DNA of 64,000 nt from a bacterium (lineage in GTDB: Bacteria > Patescibacteriota > Dojkabacteria > JAKAPS01 > JAJZLI01). The notes below the pieces were generated by a model, which was given only the letters and a program-made list of their open reading frames with translations, made no database searches and was not told where the DNA came from. Position 1 is the first letter of the stretch. Each line of letters opens with the position of its first letter. The position numbers were made by a program, and so were the translations under genes. The stretch is taken from NCBI GenBank assembly GCA_021846685.1, contig JAJZWL010000003.1:17700-81699 (forward strand), read 5' to 3'. Below are positions 1 through 8,902 of the stretch, piece by piece.

Positions 1-883
1 TAGAGATGAAAATAGACCATTAGGTATATTTTTATTTGTAGGGCCAACTGGAGTGGGAAAAACTGAATTAGCAAAACAAATGGCTCTAAAATATATTGGA
101 AATGCTAAGTCTCTTATTCAAGTAGATATGAGTGAATATATGGAAGCACACAGTGTATCTAAGTTTATAGGATCTCCTCCAGGTTATGTTGGTTATCAAG
201 AGGGTGGACAATTAACAGAATATATTAAAAATAAGCCATACTCAGTAGTATTATTTGATGAAATAGAGAAGGCTCATCCAGCAGTACTAAATATACTATT
301 ACAAGTAATGGAAGAGGGGCATTTGACTGACAGTCGGGGTAGATTTATCAATTTTAAGAACACAATAATTGTACTAACTTCTAATATAGGTTCAGATATT
401 ATAGAAAGTAGTACAGTTCTTGGGTTTAATGTAAGCGATGATAATTTAGATAGCTCTAAGACTGCATTAGATGTAGAGAATGAATATAATAAGATTGAAG
501 AAGAGACAATGATAAGGTTAAAAGATTATCTTTTACCTGAATTCTTAAATAGAATTGATGATATTATAGTATTTAAATCACTTAATAAATCTGATGCGTT
601 GAAAATTACCAAAAAATTGGGAATTAAATATAGCAAAAGACTTTTAAAAAACAAGATTGAATTATCTTACTCTGATAGTTTTATAAAATTCATATCAAAT
701 AAAGGTTTTAATGAAGAATTCGGTGCTCGACAAATAAAAAGAGTATTTAATAAATATACAGAAACTAGTCTAGCAACATTTTTTATTGAAAATTCAAACT
801 TAATGTCTACAGGGCTAACTCAAAGTATTAAGCTTCATTTAGATATTGATTCTGAAGATAAAGTTAACATCAAGATTCTCTAA
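1..883 (+). CDS. Clp/Hsp100 AAA+ ATPase (ClpB/ClpC family), C-terminal part; 5' end lies outside the window
   Basis: The reading frame is open from nt 2 (..RDENRPLGIFLFVGPTGVGKTELAKQ..), which is the D2 Walker A motif. It is followed by the sensor and C-terminal domain typical of Clp ATPases. Confidence 0.8.
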   Translation, partial: RDENRPLGIFLFVGPTGVGKTELAKQMALKYIGNAKSLIQVDMSEYMEAHSVSKFIGSPPGYVGYQEGGQLTEYIKNKPYSVVLFDEIEKAHPAVLNILLQVMEEGHLTDSRGRFINFKNTIIVLTSNIGSDIIESSTVLGFNVSDDNLDSSKTALDVENEYNKIEEETMIRLKDYLLPEFLNRIDDIIVFKSLNKSDALKITKKLGIKYSKRLLKNKIELSYSDSFIKFISNKGFNEEFGARQIKRVFNKYTETSLATFFIENSNLMSTGLTQSIKLHLDIDSEDKVNIKIL

Positions 884-886
884 ACA

Positions 887-931
887 GGTTATCCACATAA
901 ATTCGAACTTCCAAAGTTATCCACATAAATT
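887..931. promoter_or_regulatory. 16-bp direct repeat GTTATCCACATAAATT x2, each containing a perfect DnaA box (TTATCCACA), spaced 28 bp
   Basis: Read directly: ggTTATCCACAtaaatt ... agTTATCCACAtaaatt. This is a C-rich 9-mer in a 28% GC genome and is unlikely to arise by chance. Confidence 0.4.
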
Positions 932-989
932 AAGTATTACTTTCATATCAACATTTCCAAGCTTTTTATCGAACTAACAATCTATGGGG

Positions 990-1018
990 TTGACAAAAAA
1001 ATGGTTATAGGTTAAAAT
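990..1018 (+). promoter_or_regulatory. Sigma70-like promoter (TTGACA-N17-TAAAAT) driving the rplJL leader
   Basis: TTGACA at 990-995 and TAAAAT at 1013-1018 are separated by a 17-nt spacer, about 280 nt upstream of rplJ. Confidence 0.35.
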
Positions 1019-1137
1019 TTATTTAGTTCATTAAAAACTTATTTCCCTGGGTCTAGTTAGTAAAAGAAGCTTTGCTGGTCCCAAGGATATAGGTTTTTTG
1101 TAATAGTAAGTTAAATATATCTATTTAATTTATTATT

Positions 1138-1173
1138 GGGATCGGTGGGGGGCAGTACCGATCCCTTTTTTTT
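1138..1173 (+). terminator. Intrinsic terminator/attenuator hairpin inside the rplJ leader (probable L10(L12)4 autoregulatory leader)
   Basis: GGGATCGGT-(10 nt)-ACCGATCCC is followed by 8 T. It lies between the candidate promoter and the rplJ start. L10-leader attenuation is established in Bacillus. Confidence 0.55.
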
Positions 1174-1297
1174 ATTGACTATTTATCAATATTAAGATAA
1201 ACTTTAATCTGTTCTCTTAAATTTAGTTTAAGAAAGTAGGATCCGCATTTGTTATGGATTAAAAGTTCATCCTACTGAAACTATAAATTCTTTAAAA

Positions 1298-1831
1298 ATG
1301 GCAATTAATAAACAAAAAAAACAGGATATACTCATTGAATATATGAATGATATTAATTCTTCGGAATGTATTTTCTTAATTAATACTAGTGGGTTGTCTG
1401 TAAATGTAATTGATGAATTTAGAGTTAAATTAAGATCTTTAAATAATTCTAAATATAAATTGATAAAAAATACGCTATTTAAGTTAGCTCTGTCTAAAAA
1501 AGAACTTACTGAGGATATATTAACTAATATTTATGGTTATAATGCAGTAGTCTTTTCAATAAAAGATAGTAATTTAATTGCAAAAGAAATTGTTGATTTT
1601 GCAGAAAGTAATGGTGTAGAAATTAATTTTGGATTGTTAAACCTCAATCTACTTAATAAAAATGAAATAAAATCTCTAAGCCAGATCCCTAATAAGCAAA
1701 CATTAATAGGTTCCTTAATTTATGTATTGAATTTTAATACTAATAAAGTATTAAATGCATTAAACTATAATACTAAATTACTTATTAATAGTATTGATCT
1801 AGTAAAAGATAAAAAGGAGGTGAATGTATAA
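1298..1831 (+). CDS. rplJ: 50S ribosomal protein L10
   Basis: The product is 177 aa and sits immediately upstream of L7/L12 with a GGAGG ribosome-binding site. Composition is L10-like. Confidence 0.85.
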   Translation: MAINKQKKQDILIEYMNDINSSECIFLINTSGLSVNVIDEFRVKLRSLNNSKYKLIKNTLFKLALSKKELTEDILTNIYGYNAVVFSIKDSNLIAKEIVDFAESNGVEINFGLLNLNLLNKNEIKSLSQIPNKQTLIGSLIYVLNFNTNKVLNALNYNTKLLINSIDLVKDKKEVNV

Positions 1832-2232
1832 TGGAAGATAAAAAATTAAATAGTATTGTTGAAGAAATCGAAAAAATGAATATTTTAGAAGTTTCTAAGC
1901 TTGTTAAACTATTGGAAGATAAGTTTGATGTAAAAGCTAATAATCAAGTCCAGGTAGTTGCTTCTGGTGTATCTCAAGGCCAAGCAGATGGTTCAGATAA
2001 TGCAGGTACTCAAGAAAAGACTGCTTTTGAAGTGATATTAGAATCTACTGGTGAGAAAAAAATAGAAGTAATTAAAGCTTTAAGAGTAATTAATCCTGAA
2101 TTAGGTTTAAAGGAAGCTAAAGATTTAACTGAGGCTACTCCTAAAACTATTAAAGAGTCTGTAGATAAAGATGAAGCAGATAAGATTAAAAAAATGTTTG
2201 AAGATGCAGGTGCAACAATAACATTAAAATAA
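1831..2232 (+). CDS. rplL: 50S ribosomal protein L7/L12
   Basis: The N-terminal dimerisation helix, an Ala/Gly-rich hinge and the C-terminal domain (KIEVIKALRVI..GLKEAKDLTE) are all present. Confidence 0.92.
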   Translation: MEDKKLNSIVEEIEKMNILEVSKLVKLLEDKFDVKANNQVQVVASGVSQGQADGSDNAGTQEKTAFEVILESTGEKKIEVIKALRVINPELGLKEAKDLTEATPKTIKESVDKDEADKIKKMFEDAGATITLK

Positions 2233-2236
2233 AGTT

Positions 2237-2270
2237 AAGGGGATTGAAAATTTTAATCCCCTTTCTTTTT
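2237..2270. terminator. Bidirectional intrinsic terminator between rplL (+) and the convergent minus-strand gene
   Basis: AAGGGGATT-gaaaatttt-AATCCCCTT is followed by a T-run. Confidence 0.65.
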
Positions 2271-3597
2271 ATATAATAGCTGATATCCCCAAAAATAACC
2301 CAATTATTTCCCAATTAAACATTAAAGTTAAATATGAATGGAAAAAGTTAGATATAAATATTCCTATGAATCCTGATAAAAGAGATACTAATATAATCTT
2401 CTTATCCTTATCTAATTCTTTAACTTTATATAATATATTTTTAAAGAAATTAAAAAAGAAATACATATAAGATAAAAACCCTATAAGGCCAATTTCTGAT
2501 AACCATAATAAGAATAGGGGAGGATTATCTATGTTATTGTAGTAATAGTTGATATGTGGCTTTATGTAGGTTCCGAAATAGTAAGTAAATGTACCTAATC
2601 CTGTCCCAAAGATCATATGTTTTATAAATATGATATAACTATATTTTACTAAAATATAATGTCCTAAATATGAAAATCTTTCTTTGTAGTAAAAGTATTT
2701 AATTATTAAATTAATTTTAACAATCATGATTAATAACAAAATACTAAGAAGAATAATATAATATTTGAAATGCCTATGTTTGTAGAGTTTTAGTGCTATT
2801 ACTATATATATAATTGAAAATATCAAGCCAATAAGTGCACTTTTTGAAAATGTCATTATAAAATAAATGAATATTACAGGAGCTATATATCTAGCATATT
2901 TTGTAATATATTTTTCAGTATATTTTTTATTTAAAAAATATACTGAAATTAGTAGAGGAATTATTATTAATATATATCCTGCCGCTGTATTTACATCTGT
3001 GAAAGTGGAATCTGGCCTAAGAAAATTTATTCCATGTATAGTTGTAATAAAGGTATTTGGATTAATTGTAGAAGAATAGAGTAGTTTACTTATATTAAAT
3101 GTATCAAATTTAAAAAATAGATATCCGAAAAACTGTAGAATTCCATAAAGTGAAATAATAAGAGAAGAAACTAAAAGGGAATTGATGACTATTTTGACAT
3201 TTCTGTATATCACTAAGTAATAATAAGATATTATTATCAATAGAGCGTTCAATATGATATATATCGTTGCTTTTGTTGATAAGAATTTATTTAGTGAAAA
3301 AATATCAGATATTATAATACTTAAAATAATCAAGGCAATAGAGTACATAACTTTTTTCTCAAGTTTAAATTTCTTTCTTTTTAATAATAATAATTTTATG
3401 TCTTTATAGTTAACAAAAATTGTTAAAATTAAAATAGGAATAAATAGTATTATTGGATCAAGTGTAAACCCTAAATACAGATTAAATCTTTCTAGTGGTA
3501 ATAGAAGGATTGATATAGGAATAGAGAGTTTTGGATAATTTAGTGTTAAGATTGCTATTGCAAGATAGATTGTTATAAGAATTATAATTAGTAACAT
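2269..3597 (-). CDS. Polytopic membrane protein, O-antigen ligase/Wzy_C family (glycan polymerase/ligase or O-oligosaccharyltransferase-like)
   Basis: It has more than 10 predicted TM helices. A periplasmic loop carries a Wzy_C-like motif (GTGLGTF..NNIDNPPLFLLWLSEIGLIGF). It is co-directional with, and 4 nt from, the upstream mreB paralogue. Confidence 0.5.
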   Translation of the reverse strand: MLLIIILITIYLAIAILTLNYPKLSIPISILLLPLERFNLYLGFTLDPIILFIPILILTIFVNYKDIKLLLLKRKKFKLEKKVMYSIALIILSIIISDIFSLNKFLSTKATIYIILNALLIIISYYYLVIYRNVKIVINSLLVSSLIISLYGILQFFGYLFFKFDTFNISKLLYSSTINPNTFITTIHGINFLRPDSTFTDVNTAAGYILIIIPLLISVYFLNKKYTEKYITKYARYIAPVIFIYFIMTFSKSALIGLIFSIIYIVIALKLYKHRHFKYYIILLSILLLIMIVKINLIIKYFYYKERFSYLGHYILVKYSYIIFIKHMIFGTGLGTFTYYFGTYIKPHINYYYNNIDNPPLFLLWLSEIGLIGFLSYMYFFFNFFKNILYKVKELDKDKKIILVSLLSGFIGIFISNFFHSYLTLMFNWEIIGLFLGISAII

Positions 3598-3601
3598 AGT
3601 T

Positions 3602-4612
3602 TTATAAAGGATTTTTAATATTCTTAGAAAGTGCTTCTATATATTTTATTGCTTCAGCTGCACCTTCTGATACATTAAATAATGTATTATCATTAACATA
3701 CACTGGTATACCTATTGCTCTAGATAATAATACATCAATATTTCTTAGTAATGAAGTTCCTCCGCTTAAAAGAATTCCTCTGTCTATAATATCTGAAGAT
3801 AATTCTGGAGGAGTTTTTTCTAATATTTGCCTTGTAGTCTGAATTATTAGATTCAATGGAGACTTTATAGCCTCAACTACTATGTTTGTATCAATATTGA
3901 CAGCCTTAGGCATTCCGGTAATAGAATCTCTTCCCTTTATTTCCATCTCTAAAGGAGAGGTAAGGGGTAAAGCCGATCCAATATTAAGCTTTATATTTTC
4001 TGCCATTTGATTTCCGATAACTATCCCTCTGTTTTTCTTTAAAAAATTTATTATTGATTCATTTATATAATCACCACCTATTCTTATTGCATCAGATATA
4101 ACTATCCCATTAAGGGATATTATTGCAAATTCAGCAGTGCCACCCCCTATATTGATAACCATATTCCCAGATGAGGTTCCTATTGGTAAATTACACCCAA
4201 TAGCTGTTAATAGGGATTCTGGCATTAAGTAAACTTTTTTTGCTCCAGAATTCACAATTGCCTCATATATAGCTCTTTTTTCTACTGAAGTTAATCCTGA
4301 TGATATGCTAGCTACTACTTCTGATCCTGATAGAAACTTTGATTTAGATACCTTAGATAAAAAATGTTTTATCATTAATTCAGAGATCTTGTAATTAGCA
4401 ATAGCTCCTCCTTTGATGGGATTTTTAGAGATAATTCCTTCGGGAGTCTTGCCTAGCATTTCTTTTGCTTCATAACCTATTGCTATAACTGAATTGTCAT
4501 CTACCGATATCGCTACGACAGAAGGTTCATCTAGTAATATTCCTTTATTGAGACCTGATATTCGAGAATTAGATGTACCAAAATCTAATCCAAATTTATT
4601 TTTATTAAACAT
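3602..4612 (-). CDS. MreB/Mbl-family actin homologue (second paralogue)
   Basis: FGLDFGTSNS, EPSVVAI and GGGTAEFAIISLNGIV..RIGGD align with the phosphate-1, phosphate-2 and adenosine motifs of MreB. Confidence 0.8.
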   Translation of the reverse strand: MFNKNKFGLDFGTSNSRISGLNKGILLDEPSVVAISVDDNSVIAIGYEAKEMLGKTPEGIISKNPIKGGAIANYKISELMIKHFLSKVSKSKFLSGSEVVASISSGLTSVEKRAIYEAIVNSGAKKVYLMPESLLTAIGCNLPIGTSSGNMVINIGGGTAEFAIISLNGIVISDAIRIGGDYINESIINFLKKNRGIVIGNQMAENIKLNIGSALPLTSPLEMEIKGRDSITGMPKAVNIDTNIVVEAIKSPLNLIIQTTRQILEKTPPELSSDIIDRGILLSGGTSLLRNIDVLLSRAIGIPVYVNDNTLFNVSEGAAEAIKYIEALSKNIKNPL

Positions 4613-4688
4613 ATTTTTAAAAATTATTTTATTTTGTGCTATAATTCTAGCATATATTCTGCTGTATTGAAATATTTTTGATATATTT

Positions 4689-6128
4689 ATGAAAAATAAA
4701 AAAATAAAAAATTTTTTAAATAAAATATCTTCTTTTGTTATTATATTACTTATATTAGTAATAGCGCTATTTGTCGTTCTTTACGCAAGGGGTTATAATT
4801 TCGATATCTCTAATTTGTCAATAACATCTACAGGGATAATTAGGGTAAATACAACTCCAAATAACTCTCAAGTATACTTAAATAATAAATACGTAGGAAA
4901 TTCTCCTGTAGTTTTAAATTCTATAAATCCAGGAGCATATAACATAAAGGTTTTAAAGACTAATTATACTCAATGGGATAGTTTGGTCACAGTGAAGTCT
5001 GGGAATATCACAAATGTAGACCCATTCTTACTTCCTACGCAGGTTGATCAAAGCATAGTTAAGACTGCTGGAAATGTGTATAAAGTCATTTATAATAGGA
5101 ATAGTAACTATTTATATATTATTGTAGTAAAGAATAATATATATAAATTATATTACTTAAATTTATCTTTGATTACCCAAGGTTATAAATTAAATTATGT
5201 TACGAATCTAACTAAAATTATTAAATTTAATGGTAAAAATAATATAACAATTGAGAGTAATTCTTCTATAGCAAATATAATATTGCAATATAATAATAAA
5301 TATTATATTTATAATATAGCTACGAATAAATTATTATCTCTTAGTAAAATAATTTATTCTAATAATTTTACTAATATTAAATGGGCAGATTCGTCAAATT
5401 ATATTTTATTGAGAAATAAAAATTTATTATCAGTATTTAATTTATCTACTAACCAAACATACCTATTGTCATACACACCAAACTCTTCTTCGGGTATTTC
5501 ATACAGAGTCTTGAGTTCTAGTCAGATAATTTTTTCATTGTATAGTCGTAGTACTAATATTTCTAATATTTTCATTTCCAATTTAAATGGTACTGAAAAA
5601 ACACTTGTTTATAAAATAACAGGAGATATAAATAATATTTTTGTAAATAGTGAAGAGTCATATGTAGCAATTTCTGTAAAAGGAGGAAATAATTATTTGT
5701 TGTCATTAAAAAACAATATTTTGTCACATAAAATAAAGTTTGCTAGTCAATCTAAGATACTTACTTTTAATAGTCAGAATAACTACATATTGACAGAAAA
5801 GAACAATACAGTATATGCCTATTATATTAATAACCTATCAAAGATTTTAGTGATTGATAATTACAATCAATTACATAATTTAAAGCTGTATTCTTTAGGT
5901 AGTTATATATTTTTTCAAAAGAAAAATCCAAATAGCACAACCTATTCTTTATATGAACAAACAATAGGACTCAGTACCCCTGTTTTATTAAGTAAAGATA
6001 CTGTAGGTGATTATTATATTTCTGTTGGAGGGGATTATTTGTTTTTTAAATATTATTATAAAAATAGTACATACCTTTATGCTATGACTTTAATAAAAAA
6101 TAATAATATTTTCCCTTTTGCTCTATAA
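4689..6128 (+). CDS. Membrane-anchored PEGA-domain protein with an Asn/Tyr/Ser-rich beta-rich C-terminal region
   Basis: An N-terminal TM helix is followed by a PEGA-like segment (IRVNTTPNNSQVYLNNKYVGNSPVVL..GAYNIKVLKTNY..W). The remainder is a low-complexity beta-strand pattern. Confidence 0.45.
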   Translation: MKNKKIKNFLNKISSFVIILLILVIALFVVLYARGYNFDISNLSITSTGIIRVNTTPNNSQVYLNNKYVGNSPVVLNSINPGAYNIKVLKTNYTQWDSLVTVKSGNITNVDPFLLPTQVDQSIVKTAGNVYKVIYNRNSNYLYIIVVKNNIYKLYYLNLSLITQGYKLNYVTNLTKIIKFNGKNNITIESNSSIANIILQYNNKYYIYNIATNKLLSLSKIIYSNNFTNIKWADSSNYILLRNKNLLSVFNLSTNQTYLLSYTPNSSSGISYRVLSSSQIIFSLYSRSTNISNIFISNLNGTEKTLVYKITGDINNIFVNSEESYVAISVKGGNNYLLSLKNNILSHKIKFASQSKILTFNSQNNYILTEKNNTVYAYYINNLSKILVIDNYNQLHNLKLYSLGSYIFFQKKNPNSTTYSLYEQTIGLSTPVLLSKDTVGDYYISVGGDYLFFKYYYKNSTYLYAMTLIKNNNIFPFAL

Positions 6129-6133
6129 GTAAA

Positions 6134-6207
6134 TGTCCCTGATAGGATTCGAACCTATGACCTTCTCGTTAGGACCGAGATGCTCTATCCATCTGAGCTA
6201 CAGAGAC
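6134..6207 (-). tRNA. tRNA-Arg (anticodon CCU)
   Basis: The minus-strand cloverleaf has acceptor GTCTCTG/CAGGGAC, anticodon loop gTCCTAa and T-arm ATAGG-TTCGAAT-CCTAT. Confidence 0.85.
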
Positions 6208-6274
6208 ATGAATATTTTGAATATTTATTTATTATATAGTAAAATAGTCATTAAGTTAATATTAAATATATAAT

Positions 6275-6892
6275 ATGGATAATTATAAATATCAAAGAAC
6301 TTTAGTTTTAATAAAACATGATGGTGTGGCTAGGGGATTAGTTGGAGATATAATTTCAAGATTTGAAAGAATTGGTTTAAAAATTATTGCTATGAAGTTA
6401 ATTTTAGCAGATGATAATAGAGCAAAGAGTCATTATCCTGATTCTAAAGAATGGTATTTAAATGTAGGTAATAGGATAATATCAAATTATAAAGAAAAAG
6501 AATTGGATGTAAAGAAAGATTTTTCTACAGATGATCCTATTGAAATAGGTAAAATTATAAAATCATATAATGAAGAATATCTATTAGCTGGTCCGGTAGT
6601 AGCAATGGTATTAGAAGGTCCAGAGGCTATTAAAATAGTACGAAAGATATTGGGGTTAACAAATCCATTAGAATCTCCCGTAGGTACAATTAGGGGTGAT
6701 TATTCTTGGGATAATAATGAATTAGCTACATTGCAAAAAAGGCCCTTGTATAATTTAATGCATGCTTCAAGCTCTGAAGAGGATTCTTCGTATGAAATTA
6801 ATCTTTGGTTTGATAAAAGTGAATTATTAGATTATAAAATAAGTCCAGAGGATTTTACTGGGTGGAAAAGCAAATTATCTCCTAAAGAATAA
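6275..6892 (+). CDS. ndk: Nucleoside diphosphate kinase with an internal insertion of about 50 aa
   Basis: TLVLIKHDGVARGLVGDIISRFE plus NLMHASSS (catalytic His region) identify NDK. At 205 aa it is about 60 aa longer than the usual 140-150 aa. Confidence 0.8.
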   Translation: MDNYKYQRTLVLIKHDGVARGLVGDIISRFERIGLKIIAMKLILADDNRAKSHYPDSKEWYLNVGNRIISNYKEKELDVKKDFSTDDPIEIGKIIKSYNEEYLLAGPVVAMVLEGPEAIKIVRKILGLTNPLESPVGTIRGDYSWDNNELATLQKRPLYNLMHASSSEEDSSYEINLWFDKSELLDYKISPEDFTGWKSKLSPKE

Positions 6893-7558
6893 ACATATAT
6901 TTTTTATCATATAAGAATTTATCATATTAACTTATGTACCCCCATGCAAATTCTACAAAAATCTCTGTTTTGTCTGGAGATACATATCAAAAATCAAAGA
7001 AGTAGCACATTGGTATAATTGTGACTTTATACTTATTAATATGCTTTATTCAGACCTCTTAGCATAATATTATATGACTGATAAAGTCCATTAATAAATC
7101 TTAAATAAATGAAGATGTTTAGAATTTTGATTGTTATTACAAAAGAGTTTTTTAATGGGTAGTTTATGCTAATATAAATACCTATAATCTGTGTATATTT
7201 TCTATTTTAACCAACATTCTGCTGAAGAAATAGTTTACAGGAGATATATCTATTTTCAAATGAGGATATTTTCTTTATTAGCAGAACTTAAATCATTAAG
7301 ATCAAGACCGCCACCAAGATGTTCTGGGAGTGTTACTCCTTCAAGTGTTGTGAGACTACTTAGGATTCTTAACTCAGAAAGATTTTAATTTTGAGGTAAA
7401 AAGTCTGCCATTAAAGTAATTTCTATTACATTAAGAACATATAATCTTTTCTTTATGCACTATGTAACGAGTATTTTTGTGATTAAAGTTATAAATTTAT
7501 CTTATTCATACTTTTGATCACTATATCAAGAGACTGACAAAACTTACTAATATATTAG

Positions 7559-8824
7559 TTAATTAAGATTTTCATGTAAAGTTAGTAAAAAATCACTATT
7601 ATTTTTAGTTTTCTTTAATCTATCAATTAACAGTTCACTACTTTCTTGAGATTTTAATGTATCTAACATTCTCCTTATAATCCATGATTGATTTAATACT
7701 TCTGAAGATAGTAATTTTTCTTCATGTCTAGTTCCTGATTTTATAACATCTATTGCTGGATATATTCTACGTTCTGATAATTTTCTATCAAGATGTAATT
7801 CCATATTACCAGTTCCTTTAAATTCTTCAAATACTAAATCATCCATTCTGCTACCTGTATCTACTAATGCTGTTGCTATAATAGTTAAACTTCCATACTC
7901 CTCTAAGTTTCTAGCTGAACCAAAAAACTTTTTAGGTGGATATAAAGCAATAGGATCAAAACCTCCTGATAAAGTTCTTCCTGAAGGAGGAACTGTTATA
8001 TTATATGCTCTTGCTAGTCTTGTTAAACTATCCATAAGTAATAATACATCTCTTCCTTCTTCTACCAATCTTTTAGCTCTATCTAAAGCTATTTCAGCAA
8101 CTTTTATTTGATTATCTGGTTGCTCATCAAAATTAGATGCAAAAACTTCTCCTTTTGTTGATTTTCTTATATCTGTTACCTCTTCCGGCCTTTCTCCTAT
8201 TAGCAATATCATTAAATGTATCTCTGGATAATTCTTTGAAACGCCATCGGCTATATCTTTTAAAAGTGTTGTTTTCCCAGACTTAGGAGGGGATACTATC
8301 ATTCCTCTTTGTCCTTTGCCAATAGGAGCTAAAAGGTCTATCATTCTATTAGATAATCTAGTTTGATCTATTTCTAATAAAATTTGCTTGTCCGGAAATA
8401 TTGGAGTTAACCTTTCAAATGGAGTTCTTTTTGCAGCTTCATTTGGATCTCTTTCATTTATTTTTTCTATTTTTAATATACTTAAATATCTTTCATTATC
8501 TTTAGGTAATCTTGCTTTTCCTTTTATATAGTCTCCTTGTTTTAGATTAAATTTTTTTATTTGAGATCCTGAGACATATACATCATTTTCTCCTGGTAAC
8601 AAAGTATAAGATCTTAATATACCATGAATACCATCATTTATAACTTCTAAAATACCCTCAACTATAATATCAGCATCGCCCTTACTTAAAGATTTTAATA
8701 TACTAAATATAGTATCGCGTTTTCCTAATTCTTGATAGTTTTCTATGTTCTCTTTTTCTGCAATTATCCTTAATTCTGCTAAACTTTTTGAATCTAAACT
8801 TTGTAGTGAAAAATTCTCTTTCAT
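7559..8824 (-). CDS. rho: Transcription termination factor Rho
   Basis: An N-terminal RNA-binding/cold-shock-like domain is followed by a RecA-like ATPase with Walker A (PPKSGKTTLL) and a Rho C-terminus. Confidence 0.9.
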   Translation of the reverse strand: MKENFSLQSLDSKSLAELRIIAEKENIENYQELGKRDTIFSILKSLSKGDADIIVEGILEVINDGIHGILRSYTLLPGENDVYVSGSQIKKFNLKQGDYIKGKARLPKDNERYLSILKIEKINERDPNEAAKRTPFERLTPIFPDKQILLEIDQTRLSNRMIDLLAPIGKGQRGMIVSPPKSGKTTLLKDIADGVSKNYPEIHLMILLIGERPEEVTDIRKSTKGEVFASNFDEQPDNQIKVAEIALDRAKRLVEEGRDVLLLMDSLTRLARAYNITVPPSGRTLSGGFDPIALYPPKKFFGSARNLEEYGSLTIIATALVDTGSRMDDLVFEEFKGTGNMELHLDRKLSERRIYPAIDVIKSGTRHEEKLLSSEVLNQSWIIRRMLDTLKSQESSELLIDRLKKTKNNSDFLLTLHENLN

Positions 8825-8902
8825 ATTTTTATTGTGTAAATTTATATTATCATGGATTAGAGTGATATTAATATATTATTACAAAATGAATAAAATATCA
8901 AC

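Noticed and set aside
883-1297. Possible oriC, because of the DnaA boxes
   Set aside because: There are only two boxes, no dnaA/dnaN nearby and no AT-rich DNA-unwinding-element repeats. The context is a ribosomal-protein leader, so it was interpreted as a regulatory site.
2867-3079. Short overlapping/antisense ORFs (2867-3079, 9120-9332, 11648-11962, 12849-13037, 19972-20178, 24064-24270, 26969-27163, 32346-32642, 39607-39813, 41602-41820, 44533-44754, 47010-47306, 48969-49169, 52366-52677, 55422-55604, 55856-56119)
   Set aside because: Each lies antisense to, or out of frame within, a strongly supported conserved gene. Their products are low-complexity with no motifs. Such ORFs arise from the AT-rich codon bias.
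7191-7388. 65-aa + strand ORF in the ndk-rho intergenic region
   Set aside because: It has no ribosome-binding site or homology and overlaps a GC-rich patch that is stop-free on both strands. It is more likely RNA structure or chance than a gene.
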